From positions 7,049,855 to 7,113,854 of the forward strand of contig NW_002060946.1 of assembly GCF_000150275.1 (NCBI RefSeq): a stretch of DNA of 64,000 nucleotides. Direction: 5' to 3'. The notes below the pieces were generated by a model. The model was not told the origin of the DNA. It made no database searches and was given only the letters and a program-made list of their open reading frames with translations. The stretch comes from Trichoplax adhaerens. Its lineage: Eukaryota > Animalia > Placozoa. The position numbers were made by a program, and so were the translations under genes. Each line of letters starts with the position of its first letter. Positions within the stretch are counted from its first letter, which is position 1. Shown in pieces: positions 58,501 to 64,000 of the stretch.

Positions 58501-61500
58501 CGACAGCCAATAATCAAAGAATTGACAAAATCTTGCAATGAATTTGTAGTAACGCTAAATTTTGACAATCTCTCAATTAATTATGTTGCATTTATGTCTC
58601 ATTATGTTATCAATAACAAATTGGAAGAAATGCCAGTTTATTGTATTTAAAGGTAATATCAAAAATAAACTAACCTGGATGATACGGAAGACAGCTTCCC
58701 ACCTGTTACATCTTGTAAGGATTTAAAAATAGTGACGGCTATCACAACATCATCTACTAGGAGATATTTCATAGCAATCAAAACCAAAATATCGCGGCTC
58801 TCGAAATTTATAGACTCTATTATGTAATTATTATTCGAACAGACAGATTGTGTGTCGAATACTCAGATAGGATCAATTTATCTTTTACCGGCTTGATTAG
58901 CTAATGGAGTCGGGGGTAAATTTAAATAGTAGTGTGATTTCAAATTAGAATTTGGAAACTTTTCAGCTGTGGCTACGTATCCGTTAGATCGATACTGACT
59001 AGCTTGATATTTATTAACTCGGATAGCTAAAATGAAGAAATTATGAATTAAATAAGTTCATCCAGTCATTTCTAACCACCAGGTGGCACTAAAAATAAAA
59101 CATTAAATTTAATCCCATCCTAGACTATTAATCCAATTTTTTACTGCGAGCATTAGTTAATTAAATGGGTTCCGTCAGCTATTTCTACCCATCAAGTAGC
59201 AAATAAAACAAAATATTAAATCTAATCTTAATCTGAGCTATCTATCAAAATTTTTGTCACTAGTAATCGCAAAATTTACTCATAGGTACTATTTATATAT
59301 GGATACGTTAATGTAGAAATGAAAGAATAAAGCAGCACTAAAATAAGATGACTAATCAATCTAAATTAACATTGTTTGTTACTATATTTATATTTCGTCA
59401 ATCAATAAGAAAAACAAAGCAATTGAAACGAAATACTTTAAATCTCCTTAATTGTCAAACGAATATACTGACTTAAATCCTTTGAATTGAATTGATAGGA
59501 GTCACCAGGAGCTAATGTACGTCCAGCTTGTTCTGCTATGCCATCTGTGATATTAAGGATATCAGAAACGATAGGAATTTTCTAAATTGGATGAAATAAA
59601 TCAAACATATTAACAACTTAAAATCTGAAAATAAGCTATCTTGTATACTTGATTATAGCTATTTTCGTTCTGAATCAAAAACATTTATATCGATAGCTAA
59701 CGCCAAATTACTGCTAATATTAAGACAGAAAATCAAATTTTTAGATATAGTACAACAAATTAAAATATATTTATTATATTGACTACCATATAAATGCTCA
59801 ACAATAATCTTTCACGATGACATGAGTACCTACTTTAAATGAATGAAAATCATATTGACAGTAGACTATTAACTACGGTTGTAATATAACTGAAAAATGA
59901 ATGTAGTACAATCGGAACTATTGATAGCCCAGTAACCTTCTCGTACTTGACAGTGCCATGTAAAATCTAGTATCATATCAAAATGCTAGAAATTACCTTA
60001 CTAACTTCTGCCCAAGCAGCCGATTTACTTTTGGATGTTAATTGGCCTACTGCGCTAAAATATGCCTAGTAGCGAAAATTTAATCCTAACTCTGATCAGT
60101 TAATGGTCTCTTCATATGAATACTCTGGCAAGTAATGAATAGGCTTTAATTCACTAAAACATTAGTTTTAAATATTTTTTTTATCATAAAATGTAACCTG
60201 AAAATATGTCGAATGATTTGTAGTTGCCTTCATGTCTACATTTTGACTTAATTGCAGCAAAGCAAGTCTAGAAACTGCCAAATCATCCGCTTTAATTTGT
60301 TTGTCTGTATTTAGCACACCGGTTAAATTGGTTAATAGGTTAGTTGCTTGCTCAGCCGAAGTGTTAATGGGTGCAGATAATAACTACGAAAAATTAATTT
60401 ATGGTTAGCACAAGTTATGAGTTGATTTTTTAATATATTAGCTGCCATGTATGTATTTTATTGATAGATAAATGACAAATGTATGTATACATAGTGTAGA
60501 CTCTTACTTGATCGTATAAATTATGAAATGTTGTAGATAAATTTTTAACGTGAATCGCTGCATCCGTTGGAGTAGTTTCGAAGATGGTTGTGGCTTTAAT
60601 CGGTGGATCACTCGTTGCAATATCATAAAAATTTGAAGACTTTGTTACAGTGCTTAATTTGCTTGAAGAAAGACCTAATGGAATGCGAAGAATTGCAGGA
60701 TATGAATAGGCCAAAGTGCAGTAGATTAGCAGTGCTCGTTAGAACAGTCCACCGTTTTACTCTCATCAATTTATCTAGTCGAATTCTAGCTTATAGTAAA
60801 GCAATCATATAAATTCACCGTATAAATGATAAGTAGACTATTCTACCGAGACTAGATACTACTTTACATCTCTTCACTATTGTTCTAGTTAGCCTGCTAT
60901 GGATTTAGCCGTATTTATTGAAAATAATGATCATTGTCATCTTACCTATTTCCGGCTTAGAGGTTTCTCTATATAAATTGTGTACATTTGTACTCGTCTG
61001 ATATGGATTAAACTTTCCTGTTGATGTTGTTACCAAAATATCAGCCGTCGCTGATTGGCTCTCACTAATTAAGCTTGAAATCGGCGAGGAAGATTCTATC
61101 GAGTGTAATGATAAATTACTTACGTAAATCAATGAAGTAGAATGCATTACAGCAGACAGCGAAGGAAACTCTATCTGCGAGTGTGATGATGATAGCACTG
61201 AAACATTGCTTGATTTCTCTGACAAAGCATTATAATCAGATTTGGATGACTCTGTAAGTAAACCAGTACTTAGGGTAAGCACTCCAGCCGGAGATAGAAT
61301 TCCACTGCTCGTTTCCGAGAAATACGAGCTACCAAATGGAAAATATATCGAGCTACTAAAATTTAAATTTAACACTTGGCCATTGACATAGGAAGATGCA
61401 GTAAAACTTATATCAGAATTATTGGTCAGACTTGAAATACTGGTACTGGTAACTTCTTGGTCACTTATTGAACTCGAAGATACTTCTTCATTTGAAAATG

Positions 61501-63251
61501 ATCATATATTAATAGGAATTAATAAGACAATATTGATGAAATCAGTAAATGACTAATAATCTTATCAAAAACTCAGAGAGTTATTGGTACAAGAAGAGAC
61601 TTAAGTTCTAGGATTACAACCGTACATAATTTCTACATTATCCTATAAATCATCTCTTAATGTAGGGCTTGGCTTAAAATGCGGTACTTACCGGTTGCGG
61701 AAATTTGTTTAAAGAGCACATTTGATGAATTATTTGATAAATTTGGCTCTGTAATTAGCAATAGAACGAAAATCTTATCAATTACCGTTGACCGCTCTTA
61801 ACTAGAAACTTTATATTCCAATAATATCACAAAGCATTTTGTAATCTCCTAGCCTGAGTATGAAGCTTATCAAATAGAAATAAAAAAAGAACAGAATTAA
61901 ATTTTATCAATTTAAATGCAAGATTATGTTATCGAAAAATATCTGCGTGATCATCTCTAATTGTAATAGTCTTGAAGACGATAAACTACCTCATTGAAAG
62001 TATTTCTATTTCGAAATAACAGCCATTAATAAGCAAAATGAAACAATTTAAATAGTTTTAGTGTCTTTTTCAGACGGTAAAGTTTTCATTTGGTTGCTTA
62101 TATGCTGAAAACTAATATTTATGTTATCTAGGCCGCAAGCGCTCTAAGCACTCAAAATAGAATAAAATACCGAGATACCGCTGAACTTAAACTACACTGG
62201 ATGTATAGCACATGGTTAATATATGTAGAATAAAGTATAATGTCTAACTAAGTGGTTAAGTAAGATGAATTAATTAGTACTGTAATATAGTTATAAATTT
62301 TCATATAGGCTCATTTTCATAAGTCATGAATGAATGTCACTACCGCTATATTTCCTATGTGTTAATAAAACGAATCCTATAGACCAGAGAAATTATACCG
62401 AAACCTATGCACTGAAAGAATATTTCTGTCATTCCATTATAGCGCTACTAAAATAAAAGAATTAGTAATACTTTATAAATTTTCACATACGGTTGCTTTC
62501 AGCGCTCATGAATGAAAGTCAAATAAATATCGCTACTAACTTATTTTTTATGTACTGATAAAATCAACGCTATAGAATAAAAGAATTATACTATAATCTC
62601 AATATGGAAAGAAAAGCATCTTCAATCCTTTATTGTACTATATAGCATAATTTAATAGCTTTAATATACCCTCACAAAGGCTAGATTTTATTCTTTCTAA
62701 ATGTCCAAAAATATCCAGAAGATTATTTCGCATAGCATATTTAAGCTTTGAGGGTTTTATTCTATTTTCATGTTATAGAAATAGTAGTAACGTAAATTAC
62801 CATTAAAAGTCCTTAATCCTATGAAATTTACCGATTTGACATAGGACATTAATTTCATCCAGACAGTGTGTTAATATAAAGTTCCAGAACCCATTTTTAT
62901 ATTCCATTGCTGCACAATGGTGAGACGGTGGGAAGGATTGCAGATCATACCAGTAGGTAATATTGCTAAAACGCTCTTTGTCGACAACCCATCTCCAGCC
63001 ATCATCTGGGTCAGAATTTGTTAATCGAGCTCCAATCCAATAAGTAAATTCCTCTTGTAAGTATAAAGAGGAAGCATGAAATTTTTCTGGACTATCCAAC
63101 TTTGCTAGATCACCTCCAATATCAAGACACTCATTTCTAGCTTTCGGAAAGTTGAAAATTTCATCTAAATGTGGTCCATAGCATAAAGATTCGTAAAAGG
63201 TAAAGTTTTCGGGACAGACCATATTCGTATTATTTAAGACTGGCGTTTGAG
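52580..63251 (-). CDS. Adhesion GPCR paralogue C (divergent; signal-peptide exon(s) not resolved), spliced, >1030 aa
   Basis: Exons: 62832-63251 (CTLD), 61692-61748, 60946-61485 (S/T), 60508-60674, 60198-60383, 59997-60065, 59473-59581, 58889-59026, 58675-58753, 58437-58554, 58267-58331 (CVYW), 57441-57564 ([16 protein letters not shown]), 56891-56994, 55557-55662, 55019-55169, 54840-54906, 54654-54720, 54430-54524, 54117-54243, 53954-53995, 53494-53592, 53307-53388, 52808-52839, 52580-52642. Many GAIN/7TM exon sizes (186, 69, 109, 65, 104, 106, 151, 67, 67, 127, 42, 32) equal those of A/B. Confidence 0.85.
55845..56477 (+). mobile_element. Probable solo LTR, family 3 (633 bp), in gene C intron
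   Basis: TGTTACA...TGTGACA; perfect TSD CCTGT; AATAAA at 56294; 3' ~160 bp shared with 3017-3176. Confidence 0.8.
57651..58200 (+). mobile_element. Probable solo LTR, family 1a (550 bp), in gene C intron
   Basis: Highly similar to 24506-25067; TG...CA ends; perfect TSD ATATG. Confidence 0.85.
62272..62640. repeat. Old two-copy tandem duplication (~185 bp) in gene C intron
   Basis: ttataaattttca..tcatgaatgaa.gtca..cgcta..ctataga..aattatac occurs at ~62291 and ~62473. Confidence 0.6.
62832..63251 (-). CDS. C-type lectin domain exon of gene C
   Basis: CP..F....LCY, AR.EC...GGDLA, YWIG, WRW, HCA, W.....C.....LCQ; 420 nt phase-1/phase-1 exon. Confidence 0.9.
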
Positions 63252-63347
63252 CTGCATTAACGAAACAGGAAAAATGACCTTAAATGTTCTCCCTAACATA
63301 GTTTACAAATACCATTACCTATTGCTCCTTTAATCCAAATGGTACTT

Positions 63348-63700
63348 ATACGCTCGTACTTAGTAATTGATTTATAGTAATGAAGAGGTATCTTAATGAT
63401 TCGGGTGTCACAATCGAAATCAAATTGATTTTCAATTTTGTTTAATTTCTATGCTCGTACTTATGATACCTTAGTGATTCGTATGTCATGATCAAATCAA
63501 ATCTATTTTCAACTTTGCCTAATAGCTATACTGGTAATAACAATATCCTAATGATTCGTAAGTCACGATCGAATCAGTTTTCAACTTTACCTAATTGCTA
63601 TACTCATACCCATGATATTTAATGATTCTGATGGCATTGTCAAAATAAATCAATTTTCAACCTTATCTAATTGCTATACTTCTACTTACACAGGTATACT
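63348..63700. repeat. Degenerate minisatellite, ~4-4.5 units of ~75 bp
   Basis: Recurring tatact....t..taatgattc...gtca..atc...tttcaactt..ctaattgc. Confidence 0.75.
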
Positions 63701-64000
63701 AATAAATAACGTAAAATTAATGCTAATAACTTATATTAATCTAAATTAAAAGCATTAGAATAAAACTAAGTAGCAATAGCAAACTTTTTGCCTTGTTTTT
63801 CTGTATAAGTAATCTAAATTAAGATAGCGTTTACTATTGCCTTGTAATTTTTAAGGACAATCTTAAGATGAAAGCCATCTAACAGGGATAATTCCAAAAA
63901 CTCAGTACTAATAATAAAATCGTCAGTTTTGGAATTTGTATTCAAACCGTGAAAAGATGCGCATGAAGTATAATAAATTAATACATTTGGAAAGAAAAAT

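Overview
AT-rich eukaryotic (animal) genomic DNA with short GT-AG introns; the style suggests a non-bilaterian such as the placozoan Trichoplax, but that is inference only. The window holds three head-to-tail, minus-strand paralogues of a multi-exon adhesion GPCR: signal peptide, one C-type lectin domain, a long Ser/Thr mucin-like stalk, GAIN/GPS (HL|THFAILMR), secretin-like 7TM and a cytoplasmic tail. I reconstructed exon chains by hand from splice sites and phase continuity. Gene A spans 3903-20773 (25 exons, ~1179 aa, one exon crosses a 50-N gap). Gene B spans 29921-48381 (25 exons, ~1272 aa). Gene C spans 52580-63251 (24 exons, 5' end unresolved). A and B come from a recent ~25 kb tandem duplication (introns and flanks still align); C is much older. 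The non-coding DNA carries 11 complete 260-630 bp TG...CA elements with 5-bp target-site duplications (probable solo LTRs of several families) plus one partial copy, several confirmed by empty sites in the sister duplicate. No RNA genes or CRISPR arrays were found.
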